Source: Barthelona sp. PAP020
Lineage: Eukaryota
NCBI GenBank assembly: GCA_040182905.1
Contig: JARQWU010000038.1
Coordinates: 1 to 54,525, forward strand
Reading direction: 5' to 3'
DNA: 54,525 nt
The position numbers were made by a program, and so were the translations under genes. The notes under the pieces are model-generated. The model saw only the letters and a program-made list of their open reading frames with translations. It ran no database searches and had not been told where the DNA came from. Positions within the stretch are counted from its first letter, which is position 1, and each line of letters starts with the position of its first letter. Below, piece after piece: positions 21,880 to 32,180 of the stretch.

Positions 21880-22076
21880 TCTTGAAGCCTTCATTCCAAT
21901 AAATTTTCTGTTAGGCATACATTTTTTTTTTTCATCATTCAAACTTGACTTAATTACAGTGTAAGTCAAAAAAAAGATGATAACACTTTGTTTTTTTTAT
22001 TTTTTAAAAAGAAACAACACCATTAAAGAAAACTAACTTGAATAAAATTTGTCAATTTTTTTTTTTACAATCAAAT

Positions 22077-22796
22077 ATGGGTCCACATAAGAAAAGAGAA
22101 CCTATTCAGGAGTTAAAAGAGGATAATAACGATACAATTGAAAATATTACAAAAACCAATTTTTATTATTCAATAATTCCCAAAAATGAAGACAGATTAC
22201 CTTTTTTAATTGGTTTTATTCGTAGAATAAACAGTTTAAAACAAAAAGGACTAGTTTTAGTAACAACAGAAGAATCAATAAGCTTTTATCAATTGTTATT
22301 TGAACATTTGAACCTTAACATTAATATAGATTTAGAAAATTCTAATGACACTCAATTTGGAGTTTTTTTTAATACATATAGTCTTCTAAGAGATAAAGAC
22401 ATTAATTTGAAGCAATTTGATTGGGTGATACATTTTGAAGTTCCAACAAACTATGATGAATATACTTCCCAATTATTGAATGAAAAGGTTTTCCCTAATA
22501 CTACTGAAGTATTGATTCTTATGGAAAATGAAATTGGTTTTGTTGATTATCTCAAGCAAAAGGATGTTTTCTGTGAAAAAATGGACTTTGGAAAGGATTT
22601 ATTGAAGAAAAGTTTTTTAAAGAATATTCAAAAGAAAGTTTCACAATTTTTTGAATTGAATACCGCTGCAAGAAATGCCATAACCAGCTTTTTGAATTCA
22701 TATGATGCACATACTCTTTTTAACACTGAAGATTTAGATATTCGTGGCTTAGGTATTAGTTTTGGATTTTCAGACGTCCCTCCAATTGTTAGATAA
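22077..22796 (+). CDS. Stand-alone C-terminal half of a Has1/DDX18-like DEAD-box helicase, degenerate
   Basis: YYSIIPKNEDRLPFLIGFI, DWVIHFEVP, LILMENEIGFVDYLKQ, SFLNSYDAH, LDIRGLGISFGFSDVPPIV align with Has1 RecA2 plus C-terminal extension; motifs V and VI are lost. Confidence 0.65.
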   Translation: MGPHKKREPIQELKEDNNDTIENITKTNFYYSIIPKNEDRLPFLIGFIRRINSLKQKGLVLVTTEESISFYQLLFEHLNLNINIDLENSNDTQFGVFFNTYSLLRDKDINLKQFDWVIHFEVPTNYDEYTSQLLNEKVFPNTTEVLILMENEIGFVDYLKQKDVFCEKMDFGKDLLKKSFLKNIQKKVSQFFELNTAARNAITSFLNSYDAHTLFNTEDLDIRGLGISFGFSDVPPIVR

Positions 22797-23558
22797 TTTA
22801 ACGGTCAAAATATGGTAAAAGAAAGTTATTTTTTGTTTTGGTCTTTTTTTTTAACGTTGAAAACATGAAAATCACAACCAAATAAAAGGGTCTCACACAA
22901 AGAAAAATTGAAGTATTTTAGTGTTTTTCTCTGACAACTTTCAAAACTATTTTGAATAATATTGAAAATTTTTGGAAATTTTTTTATTTGGTGAGATTAT
23001 AAGGCAAAGCCAAAAGAAAATTCAATTTGTATTTGCAGCAAATTGGACCGATTTCATGCAAAAGACAATGTAAATCTGTTTTCTTCTTTCAAATTTTGGC
23101 ATTAAGGAATGTCAGAATTGAAAAACTTTACAATAGCACGATATCGCAAGAATTCTAAGATTAAGGATTCAAGTAAATAAAATTAACAAAACAGATCAAC
23201 AAAGAATGTCAAACCTTTAAGAGAACATAAGTGGAGATATTAAAGTGATTTCAGGGGCTAAAGGAAAGTGTTACACTTTTCTTTAAATACACTCCCCATC
23301 TGAACCGAAATTCTTTCTTTTTTTTTTAAAAGTGTTCTGAATCATCCACGCAAAACGACTCAGTTGCAAGTACCCCCAAACTCTAACCGAGAACAATAAA
23401 GATCTTTATAAACATTTATTATTGTTGTCGTGTGAATTTACCCTTTCGTGCAAAGTGAATTCTTTTGGGTCATTTTCAATTTTTAGGTGAATGATTTTTT
23501 CCCAGAAAAGTCCTGTCTTCCAGACTCGATCCTCGTTCACAGTTTTTGGATTAAAAAT

Positions 23559-23633
23559 TGCGTCTTCCGAGGATTGAACTCGGGACCTTTAGATCTTCAG
23601 TCTAACGCTAACTACCAACTGAGCTAAAGACGC
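23559..23633 (-). tRNA. trnF: tRNA-Phe(GAA)
   Basis: Acceptor GCGTCTT/AAGACGC, anticodon arm TTAGA-CTGAAGA-TCTAA, T-arm CCGAG-TTCAATC-CTCGG, followed by a T5 Pol III terminator; D-arm has an extra TT. Confidence 0.93.
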
Positions 23634-23786
23634 TTGTCAAAAACAAGCCCTTTTAGGCATCATTAAAATTTTAAAATAAATTTTAGATGTCTATCTTTTG
23701 TAATAAGAAGAAATTAATAAAAAAATGATTATTTGTTCAATAAATGTTAGTAATTTTAAAGATAATTTTAAATTTAACAATATTTT

Positions 23787-23997
23787 TTATTAGATATTTA
23801 TGAGTTATGAGTTGTTTAGTGAACAACGAAACGAGTTAGCTTAAGGTTTGGGGAAAACTCACGTGGATTCAGATACCCAAGTAACTTAAAAAATTGGACC
23901 TAAAGGTGGTAAAGAAACAACAATTAAAGGGAGTGATATTTGATCACCTCTTTATATCTCCAATAAATTCCGTTCATTGAGCATGAACTTCCACATT
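23787..23997. repeat. Dispersed ~210 bp repeat, copy 2
   Basis: About 95% identical to 914-1122 by manual alignment; lies about 150 bp upstream of tRNA-Phe. Confidence 0.9.
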
Positions 23998-24424
23998 ATT
24001 TAAGAAATTAGATTAAATTAAGAATATATTTAAATCAAAGAACAATGTACAAATGAATGACTAAAAAAAAATAATTCTCATTTAGTTAAAAGGTTTAGAG
24101 ACTTGACGGATCCGTTGAAAACCTTTAAATTCTTAAAGATAAAGTTCAAATTCTAAAATTTTGTTTTTGCAACACCACAAAATATTTGAAATGAAATTCT
24201 TTTTCAAAATTTTCAAACTTGATGAGCAAGATTCAATTCCATCCACACATTCTCCGTGGCTGACATTTGCTAGAATGCCTTTTCTGAGTTTATTTTCTTT
24301 GTAAATAAATATAGTTGTTTCACAATTCAAAAACATCATCCAACAAAAAAAAAATTTCTCTTTATTTATTTATTTACAGTGAAGTTATGATTAAATAAGA
24401 TCATTCCAATAAGACTTAGCTGTG

Positions 24425-27400
24425 TTAGCAACAGCAATATTTTTTCTTTTCCTCTGTAGTGACTCTATGAATAAATTCGGCTCGTTCATTTGTATCCAAT
24501 TCATTTAAATGATTAACGAGTAATTCAACGTCTTTTTCTTTCAAGTCTTTTTTCCATGGATCAATTGCCTGTTTCTTGATGTTAGCTATTCTACCATTAA
24601 TATCTCGCGCCTGTTTTCTTCTTTGATCAATAGTCATCATTTCTAACAAGTCTTTGTGTATCCATTGTTGTAAAACAGTGATTTCATCATCATCTAAGCC
24701 CTTTTTCCAATCTGAATGACCATCTACATCATCATTCAAAATGTTGTTTACATTTTCTTCGTTGTCTGAATCATCCTCTTCATTATCTAGCTCTTCATCA
24801 CTGTAATCTTCGAAATCGGAGTTGCTCATTGTACGATTCATAACATCATTATCCATAGCTTCTTTCCATGATTGCTTGTGTCCGAATATTTTCAAAACTA
24901 AATGTTGAGTACGTAAATATTCCTCAAATGCCGCATCAAAAACCTGTTTATATCTCTTTTCATGTGGCAACTCCATTTCAAGATTTACAACCACAGGATC
25001 TCGATTATAAAACTGATATTCAAGCATAGTCCCATGGTTATACTCATTGGGAATCTGTTCGATAGACTTAATCACAATTCCAATCTCAATTTCCTTTCCC
25101 TCCTCTAACCAATCACTAGAAGGCATATCAACTAATTCTCCTTCAATAACCGGACTTATACATAACGATCCTGTTGTTTTCGAAGGAATACGAATATTAT
25201 CTGGTGCAAAACTTACAATAGTTGAATTAGAAACAGGCAAACATAATGGCATTAAAGCTAAATATCCATAACCAATTGTGAACACTTTCATGGGGTCTTC
25301 AATATTCACAAAAGGATTTCCTATCGTCTTATCGATAATACGTTCGTTTATTGTACAGTCGAAAATGTGCTTAATACGACGATATCTATTGTAAAATTGG
25401 TCCAACGTCCACAGATCATTTTCACCAGTTTCAACATTACTTGCTCTTACATACAATTCGGAATTAAAACCTCCTTTCATGTTTGATACGGCTTTAATTT
25501 CAGCTTCACAACGTAGATTTTCTCCCAAGGTAGCACAAACAGCATTCACTTCTTTGATTGAAGGTAGAGATTCAACCAGTGCTTTATGAATTGCTTCTTT
25601 TTGCATATGTTCAATTTCTGCCTGCTCCTTTGCTCTCTTTTCTTTTAAAGCCTTTTCACGTAATAATCTCATCTTTTCTTCATTCAATTCACTGATCAAT
25701 AAGTCATCCGACATACTTCCCATTTCCGCTTCTAATTTCTTCAATCTTTCATTGTATTCATCTTCTAATTGTTTGTTTGAAGCTTTAACTTTCTCTTCCA
25801 TCTCTCTTTCTAATTGTTCTCTCAATTGATCTGTTGTTTCTTGATGCAAATGATTATTGGCCATGTCAAATGTGGGAACTGGAGGTTCTTCACCTCTTTC
25901 ACGCATTTCTCCCAGGGTGATTGGGTCCTTTAAATAGAAATACTTACAATCAGCAACAACAATTTCATCACAATGTTTTAAAACACGTTCTTCTCCAGGA
26001 GGTACCAATTCACTATTTAAATGAGTTCGGCCTTTACAAGTTAAAATTAACTTTCCATCTTTTAATTCAATGATGGCATGTTCATCAAGGATTCCTGCAG
26101 CAGATAATTTAATTTTTGCTTGGCCCATATCAGATCCAATGACATTTAATCCATCACTCAAACCAAACATTAGATTTCCAGACAAAAGATCATCAGGTGA
26201 GATGTTTACCAATGCAGGGATCGAATCATCCAAAGGTCCTGCACTAACACCCTTAGATGCTAAAGCTTCATCCAACAATCGTTTTAATTCTTCCATTTCT
26301 TTTCGTTGCTCCTCCATTAATCTTTGTTGAGCTTCAATTTCTTCCTTAGTTACTTCTCCAACTTCTTCCTTTACAGAACTAACAATAGGGTTTCTCATCT
26401 TTTTTACCGAATCAGCATAATTCATTGTACCTATTGTCTCATCAACGTTAGTATGGCATGGATTAATTGCTGCAATCATTGTAGTATACGAATTACCACC
26501 CAAAGAATCTCTTAAAACCATCGTCAACGGATGAGAACGATAAGGAACTTTCTTAGGTTTTGCGTTTGGATTAGAATTATGTGCTAGGGCTTCAATGACC
26601 ATATTCAAAAAAGTTAAGGAACTATTGATGGCTTTTCCTTCTTTTTCCATCACTGCATCGTTTGCAGCCCCTGTCTTAGAAAATCTCTCTGATCCTGCTA
26701 GATCAACAATCGTAATGATGAAACTCAAATCTCTCTTTTTAATCAAAGTTTTATTTTCCTTCATCAATTCAATTTCTAAACGTACGATACTGTGAGAACG
26801 TGAAGATTCTGAATTTAATCCAGTACATCTAATTATTCTGAATCCAATAGCTTTGTTGTAAATATCCATCATTTCTTCTGCATTCTTAGGTTGTGCATAC
26901 GACATATTCTTGAAAAAAGCTTTTTCTTTTTTTCCATTTCCAATGATAGACACTTTAATTCTAGTTCTTTTCTTTCCAGTCAATAAATCACAAGCATCAC
27001 CTAAATATAGATCAATCATTGACATCTTCAAGGACATAGAAACAGTTTCAAAACCATCACTATCCACAGTGCTGGATCGAATAAAAACATCATCAAAAAC
27101 ACGAGGTAATAATCCCCATTGTTCAGGATTATTTCTGTCTCCAGTAATTGTATATGTTTTTCCACTTCCCGATTGTCCATAAGCAAATACAGTGAAAGAA
27201 AAACCTTCAGTGAATGCTTTTTCCATTAAAGGTTTACAAACAATATCAAACATTCCTTTTTGATCAACTATTTCGGCTCCACTCGAACTATCAACATTCC
27301 AAACTACTCTATCATACGTATTTTGTCTTTCACGCTCTTCAGGAGTTCCAACTACTTTATTAGCATATTTTGATAAGAAATAAGGATAATACAATCTTCT

Positions 27401-27522
27401 AAAACCGCAAAAGATTTTGGTGTTTTGTAAACCAAAGCATTTTGTGCTCCAGCCTCAATTTCTCGACCTAACAAAGGTCTTGTGGCAACAACAACTCGAA
27501 CAGCTGGTAGAGGTTCTGGCAT
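24425..27522 (-). CDS. Kinesin-3-like motor (motor, FHA, coiled coil, C2-like region), 2 exons: 27393-27522 and 24425-27351
   Basis: Exon 1 MPEPLPAVRVVVATRP; GQSGSGKT, NSESSRSH, DLAGSE, VPYRSHPLT; FHA segment (IGSD...ILDEHA); ends KKKYCCC. Confidence 0.9.
27352..27392 (-). other. Spliceosomal intron, 41 nt (NAGNAG acceptor allows a 38-nt form)
   Basis: GTATTA...GCTAAT AAAGTAG; removal joins the motor N-terminus in frame. Confidence 0.85.
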
Positions 27523-27716
27523 TTCCTCTTAAAAATGTATATCTAAAAATAAATTTATTTGCCTTTGCAAATAATTTATTTAATTAATTTGTAATTTTAC
27601 AAAGAAGTGAATTAAAAAAATATTGAAATTGAAGGAAAAAGGAAAGAAAAAAACAAAAATAAATCACTCATTTATTTTATTCTTTTGATTGTGGTTTCAC
27701 TAATTATGCTTATTTG

Positions 27717-29330
27717 ATGGGACCAAACGTTTCGAATGAGAATGGAATGAATTCATCAATACGAAATATCACTCCTTCAACAATTAATGTCAATGTTGCT
27801 GCAAGTACACCTTTACAAATTCGTAGACCCAATTCATTTGAAGAGTTTCCTGATATTATTGATGATACTCCTTTGGATCAGTCACGAGATATAACGATTG
27901 AAGACCATACTGGATTTCATGATGATGGTGAATTTTCGGATATTATTGAAGATATTCCACTGGATAATCGTAATAGTGAAAAAATACCCATTAATCATGA
28001 TCCTTTGGATTCTCTAGAAACTGAAAGTCATGAAGTTGTTCGAGGAAGTCATGGGAATTTAGAACACATTGCAACCACATTTTTCAGTGGTCAACAAGTG
28101 TTTTTTGGTTTACAACAAGAAAAACAAGTTAACTATGATGGTTATGGCTCAAATAATGAGGATGAAACAGATATTTTGAATTCTGTGACTGTTTCGCTAT
28201 ATTCAAAGAAAATTAATTGGAAATTAGGACCTCAAATTGGTTCTGGTTCGTTTGGACAAGTTTTTTTAGCTTTGAACAATGAGGATGGATCGTTATTAGC
28301 TGTCAAAAGAACTCCATTAGGTGAAGGAAATGAACAAGAATACCAAGCTGCAGAAACTGAATTGGAAATCTTAAGACAACTCAAGCATTCTAACATCGTC
28401 TCTTATTTTGGTACTTCCAGGAAAGATGGATATTTGTTTGTATTAATGGAATATGTCTCAGGTGGTTCTTTGTCCACGTTATTGAAACAGTTTGGCGCCC
28501 TACCTGAAATGGTTGTCAAGCATTATGTTCAGCAGATTTTGAATGGGCTGCGATATCTACACTCCCATAAAATTGTTCATAGAGATATTAAAGGAGCAAA
28601 TATATTAGTTACACCCGAAGGTGTGTTGAAGGTTTCCGATTTCGGTGCATCAAGACGTTTTATGGGTGTTGATCCAGACGGAAACAAATCTTTAAAAGGG
28701 ACCCCCTATTGGATGGCTCCTGAAGTCATTAGACAGGACAACTATGGTCGTCAAGCAGATATTTGGTCTCTTGGTATTACTGTATTAGAGATGTGCCTTG
28801 GCAGACCACCTTTTACTGAATTGGGTCCTATGGGGGCTTTGTGGAGAATTGGTAATCTGAAGGAACCTCCTAAAATTCCTGAACACCTTTCCATGGATTG
28901 TAAAGACTTCATATCACAATGTTTAAAATTGAATTGGCAAGAAAGACCTTCCGCTCAGCAATTATTGAATCATCCTTTCTTAAGCACTTTACCTACCCTC
29001 CCTAAAACTCCCTCTAATTTAGCGTTACAACCGGAAACACATATCACGTATTTGCCGTCTACTGATGATGAATTTGAAGAAAATCATTCTCCATTTCCAA
29101 GTTTACCAGGGCTTCAAGATTCTGTTGAACTTAATTTGGATGGATATTTCAATGAAGCGTCCATTTCTAATGACAAGAATAATATCACATCTCCTTTGTT
29201 GATACCTGTAAATGATGAGAGTCCTACTTTTTCAAACAGTCCTTATAATCTGTTTTCTCCAATATCTTTGTCAAATGAGTTTAGTTCCGATAAAACACCA
29301 CAAATACCTGCAAATAACCGCATTTTCTGA
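27717..29330 (+). CDS. MAP kinase kinase kinase (STE11/NPK1-like)
   Basis: WKLGPQIGSGSFGQV, LAVK, HRDIKGANIL, DFG, LKGTPYWMAPEVI. Confidence 0.92.
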   Translation: MGPNVSNENGMNSSIRNITPSTINVNVAASTPLQIRRPNSFEEFPDIIDDTPLDQSRDITIEDHTGFHDDGEFSDIIEDIPLDNRNSEKIPINHDPLDSLETESHEVVRGSHGNLEHIATTFFSGQQVFFGLQQEKQVNYDGYGSNNEDETDILNSVTVSLYSKKINWKLGPQIGSGSFGQVFLALNNEDGSLLAVKRTPLGEGNEQEYQAAETELEILRQLKHSNIVSYFGTSRKDGYLFVLMEYVSGGSLSTLLKQFGALPEMVVKHYVQQILNGLRYLHSHKIVHRDIKGANILVTPEGVLKVSDFGASRRFMGVDPDGNKSLKGTPYWMAPEVIRQDNYGRQADIWSLGITVLEMCLGRPPFTELGPMGALWRIGNLKEPPKIPEHLSMDCKDFISQCLKLNWQERPSAQQLLNHPFLSTLPTLPKTPSNLALQPETHITYLPSTDDEFEENHSPFPSLPGLQDSVELNLDGYFNEASISNDKNNITSPLLIPVNDESPTFSNSPYNLFSPISLSNEFSSDKTPQIPANNRIF

Positions 29331-29556
29331 TGATATTTTATGTTATATTATGTTTTTTTTTTTAATTTTTTTAAGCTATTTATAAAAGTTTCATAGTCTT
29401 TTTTATTTCAAAAGTTGAAATAAAAAAATGAAAAAAAACAAAAAATAGAAAGCATTTTTTATTGAACGACTATATTAAAAATGAAATTTGTTTTATTTTA
29501 ACATAAATCTTGTTGATATGCAAAAAAAAAAAATTTCATCTTAAAAAAAAAGTGAA

Positions 29557-29772
29557 TTATCGAGCTTGAACTTGACGGGCTATTGAATTAGTTATTAATT
29601 AAAACGAAAGATATTATACCTTTAGTTCCACGTTGTTTATATACAATTTTTCCTTGGCATTTCTTGCAAGAAACTGGTTCTTGTGGATTAATTTGAACTT
29701 CAGCACCACAGCCTACAAAAAGTTAGATGATTTTTAAATATGAAGATTCAAACGAGCACAAATATATTTCAT
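29557..29772 (-). CDS. RPB12: RNA polymerase I/II/III subunit RPABC4 (Rpb12), 3 exons: 29754-29772, 29620-29712, 29557-29579
   Basis: Spliced product MKYICARCGAEVQINPQEPVSCKKCQGKIVYKQRGTKARQVQAR* has the C4 zinc ribbon and terminal AR typical of Rpb12; absent from the ORF track. Confidence 0.93.
29580..29619 (-). other. Spliceosomal intron, 40 nt (RPB12 intron 2)
   Basis: GTATAA...ACTAAT TCAATAG; frame-restoring. Confidence 0.9.
29713..29753 (-). other. Spliceosomal intron, 41 nt (RPB12 intron 1)
   Basis: GTTTGA...TCTAAC TTTTTGTAG; frame-restoring, rejoins the CxxC motif. Confidence 0.9.
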
Positions 29773-29960
29773 ACAAAAATTAGGATAAAAAAAAAAAAGT
29801 TGTCTTTTTTAATCTTTTTATTAAACGGTTTTGAAAATTTATTGAATATCATACAAAAGAAACAAATCATCAAAAGAAAAAATGATTGATTGCAACCAGT
29901 TATTCTGAATAAAAATGAGGGAACGAGATTTTTTTTTTATAAGTATGAATTGGAACATTA

Positions 29961-32102
29961 ATGAATTCAATTGGCAAAAATCACATACTTGTATCAATAC
30001 GAGTACGACCTCCATTAAAAAATGAAATAGAAAAAAATGATAATTTTCTGAATTGTATTGAATATGATGATTGTAATGATAGTATAATTAAAGTTTTTGA
30101 TCAATCTTCCAATGATTTTAAAAGATTTGCTTTTGATAAAGTATTTAATTCCAATACAACCCAAGAAATGCTATATTTACAAACAACAAAATTTATGGTC
30201 ACTGATTTTATTAAAGGTTACAATAGTAGTTTATTTGCATATGGTCAAACGTCTACTGGGAAAACGTTTTCTTTATTTGGAAACAAGGATACACCTGGTG
30301 TTTTGTTTTTTGCTTTGAAAGACATATTTTTACAGTTGGAAACTGTAGAAAACAGTGTACTGAAAATGAAATGTATCGAAGTGTATAATAATGATGTTAG
30401 AGATTTGTTGAATGGGGGAGGAAGAAGGAATAGTACTGGAAATGGTAAATTTAACAATAGTAATTTTAATAATGGTAATAGCGACAATATTAACATTTAT
30501 ATTGATAATGCCACAGGTTCAGTACAAATGACAAATGTTACTGAAGTTTTATGTGAGGATTTTCAACAAACATACCTGACAATCACCAAAGCATATACAG
30601 ATCGAGTTATTTCCTCAACTGAATATAACCATCGTTCATCTAGATCTCATATGATTGTTCAATTACATTTACAATATGGGAAAACACAAAGAAGATGGGC
30701 TAAATTTAATTTTGTGGATTTAGCAGGTTCAGAGAAGTTGAGCAATGATATGGAATATTCAAAGGAACGAAGAAAAGAAGCCATTATGATCAATAATTCA
30801 CTATCTGTTTTAAATAAGGTTGTTTTAATGTTAGGTAGTCCTGTAGCATCACGTCATGTTCCTTTTAGAGAATCCAAATTGACTAGAATATTGCAAGATA
30901 GCGTTGGTGGAAATACACGCACCACTTTTTTGATCACTCTTACTCCTGCAATGAGAGGTTCAAGAGAGAACATCAATAGTCTAAGGTTTGCCGAAAATTT
31001 GAAGAAAATCAAGGTTAAAGCTAGCATAAATGTAGAAAGTGACAATTCCAAAGATAATAGTGTTGAGATTGAACATTTAAAGCGACATATTGCTGATTTG
31101 GAGAAAGAAAATGCCAAGCTTAAACAATCCAAGCAGATCGTTAAAATTTTCGAGCAATTACCCATTATTTTTAAGGATTCACATAACAATCTAGTCACAT
31201 CCACATTGGATTCCTTGGTTCGAAATCCAGCAGTTGTTCCTAATTCTGCTATGGATTTGCTTTCAAAATGTAAAGGTTTGTATCAGCAAAACCAACTTTT
31301 ATCCACAGAAATTCATGATTTACAAAGCGAATTGAACAATTATACAGATCAAACACGTTCCTTTAAACAGCGTTTAACAACACAAGTGATTAATGAATTA
31401 GATCCACATTTTAATTTTGATGAGACTCAACCTGATCAGCATGTCACAAGAATCGTTTCTGATCTCGTTGAACATCATATCGACGATTTAATTACCAGTT
31501 TGAGATTTGACGAAAATTCGATTGTGTCACTTCAGAAGACTTTGACAGACACTCAGCCTTATCATCAATCCCCCCATCCTCATTCTCATCCTCATTCTCA
31601 TTCTCATTCTCATTCTCCATCTCCTTCAATGACTACTCTTGGTTCAAAGGGCTTTATCAAATATCAACGTCCAAAGAGTGCAACCATATCTAATACCAAC
31701 AAGTCATTCACAAGATTAGAAAGGAGTAGATCTTTGTCTCTTTCAAAGTCCAATACCGCTTTGAATTCGAATTTAGGCAGCTATGAGTTGCTTCCACCTG
31801 CATCTGCGTCTTCATCGCAATCTGCAAATGGATTTAGAAGAAGCATCACTCCCATATCTGTTAATTTGGAAAAAGACCTATTATATCAACAACAAGTTGA
31901 TGATGAATTGGAAAAGAAATACGAGGATTTTAATTATACAGTTGAAGATGATTTGATTCCGTACGAACAAAATCATCAAAAGAAAAAATTAGAAAAAAAA
32001 TTGAATGCAAAAACAGACAAAGTCAATGAAAATGAAATAGATCCTGAATTTCTTAAATATTTGGCCAAAGAATTAGAAAATGGTTCATTGTTTGCCATGT
32101 GA
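29961..32102 (+). CDS. Kinesin motor protein (N-terminal motor; family uncertain, possibly kinesin-7-like)
   Basis: VSIRVRP, GQTSTGKT, NHRSSRSH, DLAGSE, HVPFRESKLTRILQDSVGGN. Confidence 0.92.
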   Translation: MNSIGKNHILVSIRVRPPLKNEIEKNDNFLNCIEYDDCNDSIIKVFDQSSNDFKRFAFDKVFNSNTTQEMLYLQTTKFMVTDFIKGYNSSLFAYGQTSTGKTFSLFGNKDTPGVLFFALKDIFLQLETVENSVLKMKCIEVYNNDVRDLLNGGGRRNSTGNGKFNNSNFNNGNSDNINIYIDNATGSVQMTNVTEVLCEDFQQTYLTITKAYTDRVISSTEYNHRSSRSHMIVQLHLQYGKTQRRWAKFNFVDLAGSEKLSNDMEYSKERRKEAIMINNSLSVLNKVVLMLGSPVASRHVPFRESKLTRILQDSVGGNTRTTFLITLTPAMRGSRENINSLRFAENLKKIKVKASINVESDNSKDNSVEIEHLKRHIADLEKENAKLKQSKQIVKIFEQLPIIFKDSHNNLVTSTLDSLVRNPAVVPNSAMDLLSKCKGLYQQNQLLSTEIHDLQSELNNYTDQTRSFKQRLTTQVINELDPHFNFDETQPDQHVTRIVSDLVEHHIDDLITSLRFDENSIVSLQKTLTDTQPYHQSPHPHSHPHSHSHSHSPSPSMTTLGSKGFIKYQRPKSATISNTNKSFTRLERSRSLSLSKSNTALNSNLGSYELLPPASASSSQSANGFRRSITPISVNLEKDLLYQQQVDDELEKKYEDFNYTVEDDLIPYEQNHQKKKLEKKLNAKTDKVNENEIDPEFLKYLAKELENGSLFAM
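31575..31616 (+). repeat. Coding hexamer repeat (CATCCT/CATTCT) encoding a His-Pro/His-Ser tract
   Basis: Seven tandem hexamers in the kinesin tail. Confidence 0.85.
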
Positions 32103-32180
32103 GTTTTTATGTTTTTGTTTCCTGTAAAGATGTTTATGAATTTTTTTTTACAATCCCTTTATTTGTTATAATCGAATTAA

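Noticed and set aside
21961..22076. GTAAGT...ACTAAC upstream of the Has1-like ORF as an intron or trans-splice signal
   Set aside because: No AG between the branch-like word and the ATG, and GTAAGT does not match the donors used in this window
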